DNA of 64,000 nucleotides from Enterobacterales bacterium. Lineage in GTDB: Bacteria; Pseudomonadota; Gammaproteobacteria; Enterobacterales; Succinivibrionaceae. Location of the stretch: the NCBI GenBank assembly GCA_900768635.1, contig CAAGDP010000198.1, forward strand, positions 9,565 to 73,564, written 5' to 3'. The notes under the pieces were generated by a model. That model ran no database searches and had not been told where the DNA came from. It saw only the letters and a list, made by a program, of their open reading frames with translations. Positions 10,273-20,279 of the stretch are shown in pieces. Positions within the stretch are counted from its first letter, which is position 1. The number at the start of each line of letters is the position of its first letter. The translations under genes and the position numbers were made by a program.

Positions 10273-12018
10273 TTACATCTGTTCCAAAACGTTAATTCCT
10301 AACAGAGAAAGTCCGAGCTTTATGGTTCTGGCAGCAATACGGCATAATGTAAGTCTGCTTATTTTAAGCTCTTCAGAAACCCCTTCCCTGCTAATAGGAC
10401 ATGCTTCGTAAAAAGACATAAATAAACCGCTGAGTTCATACAGATAAGTACACAGTAAATGAGGCATTCCCTTGGCAGCAACAGCATTTACCACTTCAGC
10501 AAACTGCAACAGCTTTACTGAAAGTTTATCTTCCTGAGGGCAGGTAATAACCACTGTACCGCTGGTGAAATCACCTGTTTTACGGAATACTGAACTAATT
10601 CTGGTATAGGCATACTGCAGGTAAGGAGCAGTATTCCCTTCAAAAGTCAGCATATTATCCCAGTCAAAAATGTAATCGGTAGTACGGTTCTTAGATAAAT
10701 CTGCATATTTAACCGCACCCATGGCTACTTCGTGAATAACCTGAGCTTTCTTTTCATCGCTCATATCCAGAGCACGACCTTTAAGAAGCTCCGTAGCCCG
10801 AGATTCTGCTTCATTAAGAAGATCTACCAGTTTGACAGTACCGCCGGATCTTGTTTTAAACGGCTTACCGTCCTTACCAAGCATCATTCCGAATGACTCA
10901 TGTTCCAAAGATACATTTTCAGGAACATAACCTGCTTTACGGGCAATTGCCCAGGCCTGCATAAGATGGTCATGCTGACGAGAATCAATAAAATACAGAA
11001 TACGATTGGCTTTAAGGGTTTCAACACGGTATTTGGCACAGGCTATATCTGTTGTAGTATATAAATAACCACCATCTTTCTTTCTGACAATAACCCCCAT
11101 AGGATTACCATCCTTACCCTTGAATTCATCCAGATAAACAACGGTAGCCCCCTGATCTTCAACAGCCAGTTTTTTGGCTATCAGATCTTCCACAATTTCC
11201 GGAAGCATATTGTTGTACAAACTTTCGCCCATAACATCCGCAGGCTTGAGACTGACATTAAGGCGGTCATACAGTTTCTGATTTTGAACCATAGTCATAT
11301 CCACAAGCCGTCGCCACATCTTTCTGCAGTACTCATCGCCTCCCTGCAGCTTAACAACATAAGATCTGGCTTTTTCAGCAAAGGCGGCATCTTCATCATA
11401 CATAACCTTTGCTGCACGATAAAAAGATTCAAAGTCAGCTATCTGCAAATCTTCACAGCTATCGTTTTCCTGCTTTTCCAGAAAGGCAATGAGCATACCA
11501 AACTGGGTTCCCCAATCACCTACATGATTTGCCCGGATAACCTTATGTCCAAGAAACTCCAGAACCCGTACCACAGAATCACCGATAACAGTAGATCGGA
11601 TATGGTGCACAGCCATTTCCTTAGCTACATTGGGAGATGAGTAATCCACGACTACAGTATCAGGACAGGAAACTGGTTTGATTCCCAGGCGGGGATCATC
11701 AGCCAGATTGGCGAGCTGATCAGAAAGGGCATTGTTACTTACATAGAAGTTAATGAATCCCGGTCCTGCAATCTCAACCTTTGCTAATTTCTCATCTGAA
11801 GGTAAAGATGCAACAATAAGACCGGCCACTTCCTGAGGCTTTCTCTTCAACGTCTTTGACAGCATCATAGCCAGATTAGTGGCAAAATCACCATGAGACT
11901 TATCCTTGGTATTATCTACAATAATCCGGGGAGAAAAATCTGCTGGTAACAGCCCCTCATTTTTGAATTTGGTAACACAATCTGCTAACAACTGCTGAAT
12001 AAACTGCTTCATCTGCAT
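10273..12018 (-). CDS. argS: Arginine--tRNA ligase
   Basis: 581 aa; N-terminal Arg-tRNA-synthetase domain ...[14 protein letters not shown], class I catalytic core, DALR anticodon-binding C-terminus; stop 2 nt from ftsN start. Confidence 0.9.
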   Translation of the reverse strand: MQMKQFIQQLLADCVTKFKNEGLLPADFSPRIIVDNTKDKSHGDFATNLAMMLSKTLKRKPQEVAGLIVASLPSDEKLAKVEIAGPGFINFYVSNNALSDQLANLADDPRLGIKPVSCPDTVVVDYSSPNVAKEMAVHHIRSTVIGDSVVRVLEFLGHKVIRANHVGDWGTQFGMLIAFLEKQENDSCEDLQIADFESFYRAAKVMYDEDAAFAEKARSYVVKLQGGDEYCRKMWRRLVDMTMVQNQKLYDRLNVSLKPADVMGESLYNNMLPEIVEDLIAKKLAVEDQGATVVYLDEFKGKDGNPMGVIVRKKDGGYLYTTTDIACAKYRVETLKANRILYFIDSRQHDHLMQAWAIARKAGYVPENVSLEHESFGMMLGKDGKPFKTRSGGTVKLVDLLNEAESRATELLKGRALDMSDEKKAQVIHEVAMGAVKYADLSKNRTTDYIFDWDNMLTFEGNTAPYLQYAYTRISSVFRKTGDFTSGTVVITCPQEDKLSVKLLQFAEVVNAVAAKGMPHLLCTYLYELSGLFMSFYEACPISREGVSEELKISRLTLCRIAARTIKLGLSLLGINVLEQM

Positions 12019-12090
12019 GAAATCCTAACTAATGGCAAACCTGTAGCTTTTTTACAAGCGCTATTCTATCAAAAAACAATTGGCATCTAA

Positions 12091-12127
12091 AGAAAGAAAA
12101 AGCCGGAAATATTTAATAAATCCGGCT
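12091..12127 (-). terminator. Rho-independent terminator downstream of hslU
   Basis: Inverted repeat agccgga/tccggct (12101-12107 / 12121-12127) followed on the minus strand by T-rich run. Confidence 0.5.
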
Positions 12128-12149
12128 AAAAATACTTAAAAATCAGTAT

Positions 12150-13475
12150 TTAAAGGATGTATCTGCTCAGATCCTGATCCTCTACGAGCTTGCCTAAATG
12201 TTCTTCTACATATTTAGCATCTATGACAAACTTCTGACCGGAAAGATCCGGAGCATTGAAGGATATGTCCTCACAGAGCTTTTCCATAACAGTATGAAGT
12301 CTTCTGGCTCCAATATTTTCTGTAGTGGCATTGACCTGGTACGCTGACTCAGCGATTTTCTTTATGGCTGATTCATCAAATTCAATATCCACACCTTCTG
12401 TCTTCATTAACGCCTTATACTGCTCAGTAAGAGAAGCGTATGGTTCCACCAGAATTCGTTCAAAATCTGCAGCTGTCAGATCTGACAGTTCCACACGAAT
12501 TGGCAATCGACCCTGAAGTTCCGGGATCAAATCAGATGGTTTGGAGGATGCAAAAGCACCGGAGGTAATAAACAGAATATGATCTGTTTTCACCATTCCG
12601 TATTTGGTCTTTACCTGACATCCTTCAATAAGGGGCAACAAATCCCGCTGAACACCTTCCCGGGACACATCAGGTCCTCGGCTTTCACCACCGTTGGCAC
12701 ATATCTTGTCAATTTCATCTATAAAGACAATACCGTTATTCTCCACTGTCTCCACAGTACTTCTGGAAAGATCTTCTTCCTTAATAAGACCTTCAGCCTC
12801 TTCCTGAGTAAGAGTTTCCATAGCATCTTTAATTTTCAGAGTCTTTTTCTGACGGCGACCTGAATCATAACCATTAAACAATCCCTGGAGTTGATTGGTC
12901 ATTTCCTCCATACCTGCAGGTCCCATAATTTCCACACCGATTTTCGGACCTTTTACTTCAATCTCTATTTCCCGATCATCCAGTTTACCTTCCCGAAGTT
13001 GCTTACGCAGCAACTGTCTTGTGGAAGAAACGTCATTACCATCTCCCCATCCTTCCTTAGGAGGAGTAAGCAATACATCAAGAATACGATCCTCAGCACG
13101 ATCTTTAGCCAGATTCTCATTCTTCCTGATTTGGTTTTCCTTCATCATCTTGTGAGCTGATTCGGTCAGCTCTCTGATAATGGAATCTACCTCCTTACCT
13201 ACATAACCTACTTCAGTAAATTTGGTAGCTTCAACCTTGATGAACGGAGCATTGGCCATTTTAGCCAGTCGACGGGCGATTTCAGTTTTACCAACACCGG
13301 TAGGTCCGATCATCAGAATGTTTTTTGGAGTAATTTCCTGACGGATTGAAGGATCCACATTCATCCGTCTCCAACGATTACGCAATGCAATAGCCACAGA
13401 TTTTTTGGCTTCATTCTGTCCAATAATATGTCTGTTAAGCTCACTGACTATTTCTTGAGGAGTCATCTCTGTCAT
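12150..13475 (-). CDS. hslU: ATP-dependent protease ATPase subunit HslU
   Basis: N-terminus [20 protein letters not shown] near-identical to E. coli HslU; Walker [16 protein letters not shown]; 441 aa. Confidence 0.95.
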   Translation of the reverse strand: MTEMTPQEIVSELNRHIIGQNEAKKSVAIALRNRWRRMNVDPSIRQEITPKNILMIGPTGVGKTEIARRLAKMANAPFIKVEATKFTEVGYVGKEVDSIIRELTESAHKMMKENQIRKNENLAKDRAEDRILDVLLTPPKEGWGDGNDVSSTRQLLRKQLREGKLDDREIEIEVKGPKIGVEIMGPAGMEEMTNQLQGLFNGYDSGRRQKKTLKIKDAMETLTQEEAEGLIKEEDLSRSTVETVENNGIVFIDEIDKICANGGESRGPDVSREGVQRDLLPLIEGCQVKTKYGMVKTDHILFITSGAFASSKPSDLIPELQGRLPIRVELSDLTAADFERILVEPYASLTEQYKALMKTEGVDIEFDESAIKKIAESAYQVNATTENIGARRLHTVMEKLCEDISFNAPDLSGQKFVIDAKYVEEHLGKLVEDQDLSRYIL

Positions 13476-13515
13476 ATAAAAACCTTAATAATTTATTGTG
13501 ATTAATGAATAACCA

Positions 13516-14040
13516 TCAGTAATTGATTGTTTCAACTGTTTTGAAGCCATTAGTGTAAATACAGATATCTGAAGCTATGGCCAAAGACTTTTCCGCAATT
13601 TCCTGAGCGGTAAGTTCAGTATTTTCCAGAAGAGCACGGGCAGCCGCTCTGGCATATTCTCCCCCGGATCCCATGGCAATAAGATCATTTTCCGGCTGAA
13701 CAACATCACCATTTCCGGTAATAACAAACGATTTGGTTTCATCCGCAACCGCAAGCATTGCCTCCAACTTACGCAAAGCTTTGTCAGTTCTCCACTCCGT
13801 AGCAAGAGCGACAGCAGCTCTTTCCAAATTGCCGTTACATTTTTTAAGCTTCATCTCAAAACGTTCCAGAAGAGTAAAGGCATCAGCTGTACCTCCTGCA
13901 AAACCGGCAAGAACCTTTCCCTCTGCCAGACGATGAACTTTCTTCGCATTGCCTTTCATCACTGTGTTGCCCAGAGTTACCTGACCATCACCTGCCATCA
14001 CAACCTGACCGTTACGGCGAACTGAAACAATAGTTGTCAT
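13516..14040 (-). CDS. hslV: ATP-dependent protease peptidase subunit HslV
   Basis: [39 protein letters not shown]-terminal Thr nucleophile, 174 aa. Confidence 0.95.
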   Translation of the reverse strand: MTTIVSVRRNGQVVMAGDGQVTLGNTVMKGNAKKVHRLAEGKVLAGFAGGTADAFTLLERFEMKLKKCNGNLERAAVALATEWRTDKALRKLEAMLAVADETKSFVITGNGDVVQPENDLIAMGSGGEYARAAARALLENTELTAQEIAEKSLAIASDICIYTNGFKTVETINY

Positions 14041-14117
14041 AAAAATCCTTAAAACTTGTCTTCAATATTCTGCAGCAGAATCTGATTTGAAAAACTGAGC
14101 AGCAAATCCCTTATTTA

Positions 14118-14150
14118 ATACAATGGGGGCTTTTCAGCAAATTTCAAATA
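14118..14150 (-). promoter_or_regulatory. Sigma-32 (heat-shock) type promoter for hslVU
   Basis: Minus-strand reading TTGAAA-N13-CCCCATTG (rev-comp of 14142-14147 and 14123-14130) about 80-100 nt upstream of hslV start; matches the CTTGAAA/CCCCATNT consensus. Confidence 0.5.
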
Positions 14151-14909
14151 AAAATTGTTTATCTTATGATGTTAGCTTCCATCTGAAATCCTGCTTTACT
14201 GAAGTGAAAAGGATTAAACCATCTGACGGTTTTTCATCTGAGTTTATGTCAGTATCCAAATTCTGTACCTATGAAAGGTTCCAGATATAACTTCCCGCCC
14301 AAAACCTGAAATTCTTTTATCAGCATGGCCAGACACACCATCCCGAACATTAGAAATAGTCCTGTACCACCTGGTTTATATTTACGAATCTAACCTCCTA
14401 TACGCTTTGGATGCTTTTTCTCAAAAGAACGATAACAAATAGTAATACTATGTTACTTCCCATCAGGGATCTCCTGTGAATATTGCTCACCACCCTGAAA
14501 TATTTCGATATTACTCCATATCTCATTTTCAGAAGATTTTCTGACCGGATCAGTGACTGATGGTACTAAATTGGTTTGAAAATTAAAGATGACCTTCCAA
14601 CATAAGAAATTCTGCTGTCTGCTAATCTGCCTTTAATTCTGGAACTTGAATTTAAGGATGTTTCTGAAATGATAGATCCCCTTTACCAGAGACTTATTTT
14701 GAAGATCAGAACAAAAGGATCCATTCGTAAAAAGTTACAACACTATGCAGAGTAAGATTTTATCCTTTTGCAAAATTGAGATGACAAATTGAAAAATGTA
14801 TAATCAATCAGATAGATAGAAATTGGGCAGAGTTCTTCAGAAAATGGATTTTCCATCATTTTGCGTAAAACTTTACATCATTGCTCTGCATAAAATGAAG
14901 GATAGAAAA

Positions 14910-15641
14910 ATGCGTTTAAACAATTTATTGCATCTTGGAAGCCTGACAATTCTCCTAATGATCGGGACAGGCTGTACAACAATGGTAGACAGCAATTTTG
15001 AGTTCAACCTTAAAAACATCAGTCCAATTAACGAAAGCAATGCAGTACAAACGGTTTTTGTCAAAAGCATCAGAGATGAACGGCAGTTTGCTGTAGCTGA
15101 GTCTACAATTCATCCTGAACAAATGACCATCAGCAGCTACTCTCCGGATCCTTCCTACACAAAAGAAAGAATCGTAGCTCGTAATCAGACAGCCTCATCC
15201 TGCAGTACTGACAACAGCGTAGCTGGATGCACTGCCGATGCGAATTCCTTCAGTGCTCTTGGTGAAAACCTCTGCTTTAAACAATATCCAGCCACCACCT
15301 ATGTAAAACTGGCTGTTGAAAAAGGATTGGAAAACGCAGGATACCGTATCCTGCACCGGGAAACTGATATCAATAAATACACTTTGGTAGTAGATCTTAA
15401 AGTAGAACGATTCTGGTATTGGGTAGACTACTCCGGGGATGATCGTTTTGCTCATGCCGACATTGCTGTTACTTTTCATACCAGAGATGAAGGTTCCGGC
15501 GCACAAAGAAACTTTAAAATTTCCAATCAACTTAATATGCAGGTTCCTGGCTTTATGAACCCGCTTAAAAGCACTGTAGAATCAGCTCTTATAGACTATA
15601 GCGATACCATAGCTAAAAATATCCACCAGAGATTGAAGTAG
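14910..15641 (+). CDS. Lipoprotein of unknown function
   Basis: Start reassigned to MRLNNLLHLGSLTILLMIGTGC (lipobox IGTGC) with upstream AAGGA; 244 aa, Ser/Thr-rich mature N-terminus. Confidence 0.5.
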   Translation: MRLNNLLHLGSLTILLMIGTGCTTMVDSNFEFNLKNISPINESNAVQTVFVKSIRDERQFAVAESTIHPEQMTISSYSPDPSYTKERIVARNQTASSCSTDNSVAGCTADANSFSALGENLCFKQYPATTYVKLAVEKGLENAGYRILHRETDINKYTLVVDLKVERFWYWVDYSGDDRFAHADIAVTFHTRDEGSGAQRNFKISNQLNMQVPGFMNPLKSTVESALIDYSDTIAKNIHQRLK

Positions 15642-15697
15642 ATTCATATCCCGGGATATTCATTCCGGGAGTATTATTCACAGGGAGTTCAGCGACA

Positions 15698-16225
15698 ATG
15701 GTTTTAATTACAGAAAGACAGCAGAAAATTTATGATCTGGTCAGCAATATTCTGGCCAAAGGTAATGATAATCCCTCCCGGGACGAACTGACGCTCCTGA
15801 TAAGCAGTGAATTTGAAGAAATATCCCGGAAAAATTCTGTTGAGGTTCCGGTAATAGGTAAAGTGGCTGCCGGCAGTCCGATTTATGCCGAGGAGCACTT
15901 TGAAAAGAAACTGAGTATCGATCCGTCTTTCTTTGACTTTACACCGGACTATTTTCTGAGAGTATCAGGATGTTCCATGATAAACGCAGGAATACTGGAC
16001 GGTGATCTGATAGCTGTCAAAAAGGTTGACGGTTCATCCATAAGAAACGGTGAAATCGTGATAGCCAGAGTTAATCACAGTGATGTCACAGTTAAGCGTT
16101 ATCAGAGAGATGGCAATACAGTATGGCTGATCCCGGAAAACAACGAAATGTCTCCCATTATGGTGAATCTGGAAAAGGATGATTTGGAAATCGACGGAGT
16201 CTATGTAGGATTGATGCGCAGTTAA
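15698..16225 (+). CDS. lexA: LexA-family repressor / S24 peptidase with unusually short N-terminal DNA-binding domain
   Basis: C-terminal catalytic domain VAAG...LRVSGCSM (Ser) ...VTVKRY (Lys) ...IDGVYVGLMR aligns with E. coli LexA; only 175 aa, wing region of the wHTH apparently absent; next to plsB as in E. coli. Confidence 0.7.
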   Translation: MVLITERQQKIYDLVSNILAKGNDNPSRDELTLLISSEFEEISRKNSVEVPVIGKVAAGSPIYAEEHFEKKLSIDPSFFDFTPDYFLRVSGCSMINAGILDGDLIAVKKVDGSSIRNGEIVIARVNHSDVTVKRYQRDGNTVWLIPENNEMSPIMVNLEKDDLEIDGVYVGLMRS

Positions 16226-16247
16226 GCGCCGGATTTTCTTTCTGTTA

Positions 16248-16274
16248 CCTCGCATTAAATGCGGGGTTTTATTT
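16248..16274 (+). terminator. Rho-independent terminator after lexA
   Basis: Hairpin cctcgcatt-a-aatgcgggg followed by TTTTATTT. Confidence 0.5.
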
Positions 16275-16363
16275 ACTTAATCATCAGATACAAGGATCAG
16301 CAATATCTGATTTCATAAAACAGACTGTGGGGTAATCCGGTCTTACGCCGATCGGCATGAATA

Positions 16364-16828
16364 TTACACCGAACCTGCAAAATTCTGTTGCCGCCAGGCT
16401 TCATAAATAATAATCCCAACCGAATTAGCTAGATTATAACATCTGCTTCCTGGAACCATTGGTATTCTCAGCTTCTGTCCGCTTTTAAGAGTATCAGTAA
16501 AAGTATCCGGTAATCCGGATGTTTCCCGACCGAAAATTATAACGTCCTGAGGTTGGAATGACACTTCACAAGGTTTGGTCTGTCCTTTGGATGTGGCGGC
16601 ATAAACTGCAGCATTTAAAGGCATGGCAGCCAGACATTCCTCAATGGAGTTGTAGTTGCGAATATTTACATATTCATGATAATCAAGGCCGGCACGCATA
16701 AGACGCTTGTCATCCAATACAAACCCGAGCGGATGTATTAAGTGAAGTTGAGATCCGGTATTGGCACAAAGACGAATAATATTTCCGGTATTGGCCGGAA
16801 TCTCCGGCTGAAATAAAACAATATTCAT
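16364..16828 (-). CDS. trmL: tRNA (cytidine/uridine-2'-O)-methyltransferase TrmL (SpoU-TrmH fold)
   Basis: 154 aa; MNIVLFQPEIPANTGNIIRLCANTG...IIFGRETSGLP...NLANSVGIIIYEAWRQ matching YibK/TrmL. Confidence 0.8.
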   Translation of the reverse strand: MNIVLFQPEIPANTGNIIRLCANTGSQLHLIHPLGFVLDDKRLMRAGLDYHEYVNIRNYNSIEECLAAMPLNAAVYAATSKGQTKPCEVSFQPQDVIIFGRETSGLPDTFTDTLKSGQKLRIPMVPGSRCYNLANSVGIIIYEAWRQQNFAGSV

Positions 16829-17015
16829 GATCTTACTCTTACGGACAATTAGAAGTATTTCAAAATTCAGAAGAATTATACTGTATACGGAGGAAAATAG
16901 AATAAACCAGAAATAAACCCCTGTTACAATTCTTATGAAGTATTTATGTGTCTTATATAGAAAGTTCAGATAATATTTGTACGCAAGACGGTCCTACTGA
17001 TGTAGACTATAAAAA

Positions 17016-19481
17016 GTGGTTTATACTTGGGATGAGATGAAAAAATTGTTCACAGATATCTTAAAATTTATCTTCTATCTACCCATAAAACTGTTGGTAA
17101 AAACAACAACATTACCAAAAGATCCTGTACCTGATTTGAATATTGATACGGGTAAGCCCATTGTATATGTACTGAAAAATCATTCCATCAGTGATTTGCT
17201 GGCGTTGCACTTTCATTGCCCTACCTTGTCTCTTCCCTCACCGTTCAAACCTTTATACGTTAACGGAGTTAAGGTACCAAGATATCTCTTTTTATACAAA
17301 ACACCTCTTATCTTCAATGCTTATGCACCACACCGCATACAGGGATTCAAAATATTCAAACAATGGGTTGAAATCCAGAAAAACAATCCCTCATCCGCCA
17401 TACAGATAATCACCGTTCCATCTATGTGGAACAGAAGTCCTGGAATTCAATCAATGCAACCCCAGGATATAAGTGGAGAAAATCTTAAATTAACCAGCGC
17501 CTGGCATCGTTTTAAAAATGTTATTACCCGGGGAAGAAGTCATACCGTATTCATCTCCAGACCGATTTCTCTGACAGCGCTTATTCAACGTATTGACTTT
17601 TCCAACGAGGAAAAGGCAGCTCTGGTTCTGGAACACCTGTGTCGATCCTATTTCTATCGGTCTCTGAACACCTCCCATGGTCCGCGGCTTCCGATTCGAA
17701 CAAAACTGATAAATGTTCTTATTGCCACCCATGGTATTCAAAAGGCTATTGCAGAATCTCATGACCCCAACGCCGAAGCTGATGCCCGAAAAAAAATTGA
17801 CGAAATTGCAGCAGACATCTCCTACAATTTGCTAACCCGGGTCAACAGCATCAGTAAATTCATCTGCAACCGTCTTTATCAGGGTATCAAAATAACCGGT
17901 GACGAAGCTGTACGCTCTTTGGCTCAGGCCGGTCATGAAATCATCTATATTCCCTGCCATCGCAGCCATATGGATTACATACTGCTGCAATACGTTATTT
18001 TTAATGCCGGATTAATGCCCCCTCATGTTGCATCGGGAATTAATCTTAATTTCTTTCCCTTTGGTCCGTTCATAAGGAAGTGCGGAGCATTCTTTCTGCG
18101 TCGTAAATTTAATGGCGACCACCTTTATACGGCAATATTCAGAGAATATGTTTCCTTTCTATGCTCCCATGGCTATTCCATGGAGTTTTTTATTGAAGGT
18201 ACCAGATCCAGAACAGGGCGACTTCTGCATCCTAAAACCGGTATGTTATCTATGCTGGTTCAGACTCAGCTACGAGGATTTAGCAGACCGATTACCATTG
18301 TTCCCATATATCTAGCCTATGAGCATGTCATGGAAGTGAATACTTATACCAAAGAGCTTTCGGGAACTAAGAAAAAAGCGGAAAATATCTGGCAGATATT
18401 CTCCATATTTGCCAAGCTGCGCAACTACGGTCATGGCTATGTAAACTTTGGAGAACCCATCACTCTAACTAAATATCTCGACTCCTATCTGCCGGACTGG
18501 CGATCATATACAGATCCTCTGGGAGGCTATCGTCCTTCCTGGTTATATGGTTGTGTAACCAAACTGGCACATCAGGTTATGTTCAATCTCAGTGAAGCAG
18601 CTGCCGTAAACGGTCTGACCCTCTCCTCCATAATCCTGCTGTCCTCTGAGCATTACACCATTGAAAAAGCTCTTCTCAGAAAAATGCTGGGAATTCTGAA
18701 TGATATTCTCCGTCTCGCAACTATCAGTCCTTTTACCCGGGTAATACATACCACCCCTGAAAAACTTCTGGAAAATGCTCTCTCTCTCCATAAATTTGGA
18801 ACGTCAATTGAACGTGGTACGGAAACCATAACATTATTACATCAGCAGTACCAGCAACTCACTTACTATCGCAATAATATCCTTCACCTTTTCATTATTC
18901 CGTCGGTGGTAATAAAACTTATATCTCTCTCCTCCCGTCTGGTATATGACGAACTGTTGTCATCTCTGACCATGTTATTTGATCTGCTGGAAAATGAGCT
19001 TTTTGTTCCAATTAAAAAGGAAAATCTTCAGACTTACGTAAGGTCCCTGCTCAGAGCATTAGTCCATATGAATCTGATTTCCTATATTACCGGCTGCTAC
19101 GAAATCAATCCTGCAGCAGCAAAGGAATGTAATATTATCTCAGCCATCTGCAATGAAACACTGATACGCTATCGGATCTTCTTCACTATCATCAGCAATA
19201 ACAATGTACTCAGCTATGAAGATCTGGAGGAAAGCTGGACTAAATACCTTTCCCGGATTTGCTTTGATCGACATATGGAGCTGGCCCCGGAATTCAGTAG
19301 CAATGAAACCCTGAAATGGCTCATTGCCTACCTTGAGGAAAATGACTATGCCCGACAGATAGGAGTTAACGGTATGATTAAATTCGATCTGACAAAGCTT
19401 GATGGATTATCCGATTTAATCACCTCCATAACAGATACTGCAATTCAAACCAACATTCCCACCCCTGAATTTGAAGCATAG
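17016..19481 (+). CDS. plsB: Glycerol-3-phosphate 1-O-acyltransferase
   Basis: 821 aa; acyltransferase HX4D motif CHRSHMDYILLQ; ...FFIEGTRSRTGRLL block; size and synteny with lexA. Confidence 0.9.
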   Translation: MVYTWDEMKKLFTDILKFIFYLPIKLLVKTTTLPKDPVPDLNIDTGKPIVYVLKNHSISDLLALHFHCPTLSLPSPFKPLYVNGVKVPRYLFLYKTPLIFNAYAPHRIQGFKIFKQWVEIQKNNPSSAIQIITVPSMWNRSPGIQSMQPQDISGENLKLTSAWHRFKNVITRGRSHTVFISRPISLTALIQRIDFSNEEKAALVLEHLCRSYFYRSLNTSHGPRLPIRTKLINVLIATHGIQKAIAESHDPNAEADARKKIDEIAADISYNLLTRVNSISKFICNRLYQGIKITGDEAVRSLAQAGHEIIYIPCHRSHMDYILLQYVIFNAGLMPPHVASGINLNFFPFGPFIRKCGAFFLRRKFNGDHLYTAIFREYVSFLCSHGYSMEFFIEGTRSRTGRLLHPKTGMLSMLVQTQLRGFSRPITIVPIYLAYEHVMEVNTYTKELSGTKKKAENIWQIFSIFAKLRNYGHGYVNFGEPITLTKYLDSYLPDWRSYTDPLGGYRPSWLYGCVTKLAHQVMFNLSEAAAVNGLTLSSIILLSSEHYTIEKALLRKMLGILNDILRLATISPFTRVIHTTPEKLLENALSLHKFGTSIERGTETITLLHQQYQQLTYYRNNILHLFIIPSVVIKLISLSSRLVYDELLSSLTMLFDLLENELFVPIKKENLQTYVRSLLRALVHMNLISYITGCYEINPAAAKECNIISAICNETLIRYRIFFTIISNNNVLSYEDLEESWTKYLSRICFDRHMELAPEFSSNETLKWLIAYLEENDYARQIGVNGMIKFDLTKLDGLSDLITSITDTAIQTNIPTPEFEA

Positions 19482-19594
19482 TGGATCATACTCATAAATC
19501 CCGAAGCAAATCCCTGAAATTAAGAAGCAATCCTGAGATTTGCATCCCTTCTTAAGGTATAATCAGAAGAATACAGAAAACCGGAGTAACCATT

Positions 19595-20026
19595 ATGATT
19601 ATGAAAAGCATTGTGCTGACATTGGTGCTGTCCCTGGTTGCATCAGGAGCAGCTCTTGCCAGTGGCCACGGTGGTGGAAAAGAAGAAAATGAGATCCCGG
19701 TAAGCAACATCAGCTACTTTGATCTTGCACCGGAAATTGTTACCAACTATACAGCTGAGGGCAACCGGGTAGGTTATGTGAGAGTTAAAGTTCAAATCAT
19801 GACCGACAGTCCGGCTGAAGTTGAAATCCTTAAATACCATTCCGCAGCATTGCGAGACATAGTGATCTCTACTTTATACAAAAAAGAATACAATGATGTA
19901 TCCACCCTGCTGGGACGACAAGAAATAACTCAGGAATGCAAAAGAAAAATTGAAGATTACCTGCTGGCTGAAGAAGATCGAAAAATCGTCAGGGAAGTTA
20001 TCTTTACCAATTTCATTTTCCAGTAA
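19595..20026 (+). CDS. FliL-family (flagellar basal-body-associated FliL-like) secreted/membrane-anchored protein
   Basis: Signal/anchor MIMKSIVLTLVLSLVASGAALA; YFDLAPEIVTNY...RVGYVRVKVQI...LRDIVISTL...REVIFTNFIFQ matches the FliL pattern (Y..L..f.vNl...ly..i.l, ...V.FT.FI.Q). Confidence 0.45.
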   Translation: MIMKSIVLTLVLSLVASGAALASGHGGGKEENEIPVSNISYFDLAPEIVTNYTAEGNRVGYVRVKVQIMTDSPAEVEILKYHSAALRDIVISTLYKKEYNDVSTLLGRQEITQECKRKIEDYLLAEEDRKIVREVIFTNFIFQ

Positions 20027-20257
20027 TTACTTTTTCACCAAAAAGGTATAAGGTGCATCAGAGGAATGCTCAAGAAGAGTGTAGCCCAAATGAAAGCACA
20101 AATTTGGAACATCTCTGGTTGTGGCCGGATCGTCAGCAAGAATAAACAGAGTTTGATCTGCTGACAGTTCCCGCATTTTTCTGCGGATAATCATAAGGGG
20201 TTCGGGACATCTGAGCCCGGTTACATCCAAAAAGAAATCCGCATCTTCTTTAACCAT
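20027..20257 (-). CDS. tusA: Sulfurtransferase TusA
   Basis: 76 aa; LDVTGLRCPEPLMIIRRKMRELSADQTLFILADDPATTRDVPNLCFHLGYTLL with the CPxP active site. Confidence 0.8.
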   Translation of the reverse strand: MVKEDADFFLDVTGLRCPEPLMIIRRKMRELSADQTLFILADDPATTRDVPNLCFHLGYTLLEHSSDAPYTFLVKK

Positions 20258-20279
20258 ATCTTACACCTTTATCGCACAA

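Noticed and set aside
19482-19594. Imperfect inverted repeats after plsB (gcaaatc...gatttgc) as a terminator
   Set aside because: The arms are separated by a long, non-pairing spacer and lack a clear U-tract. Not convincing.
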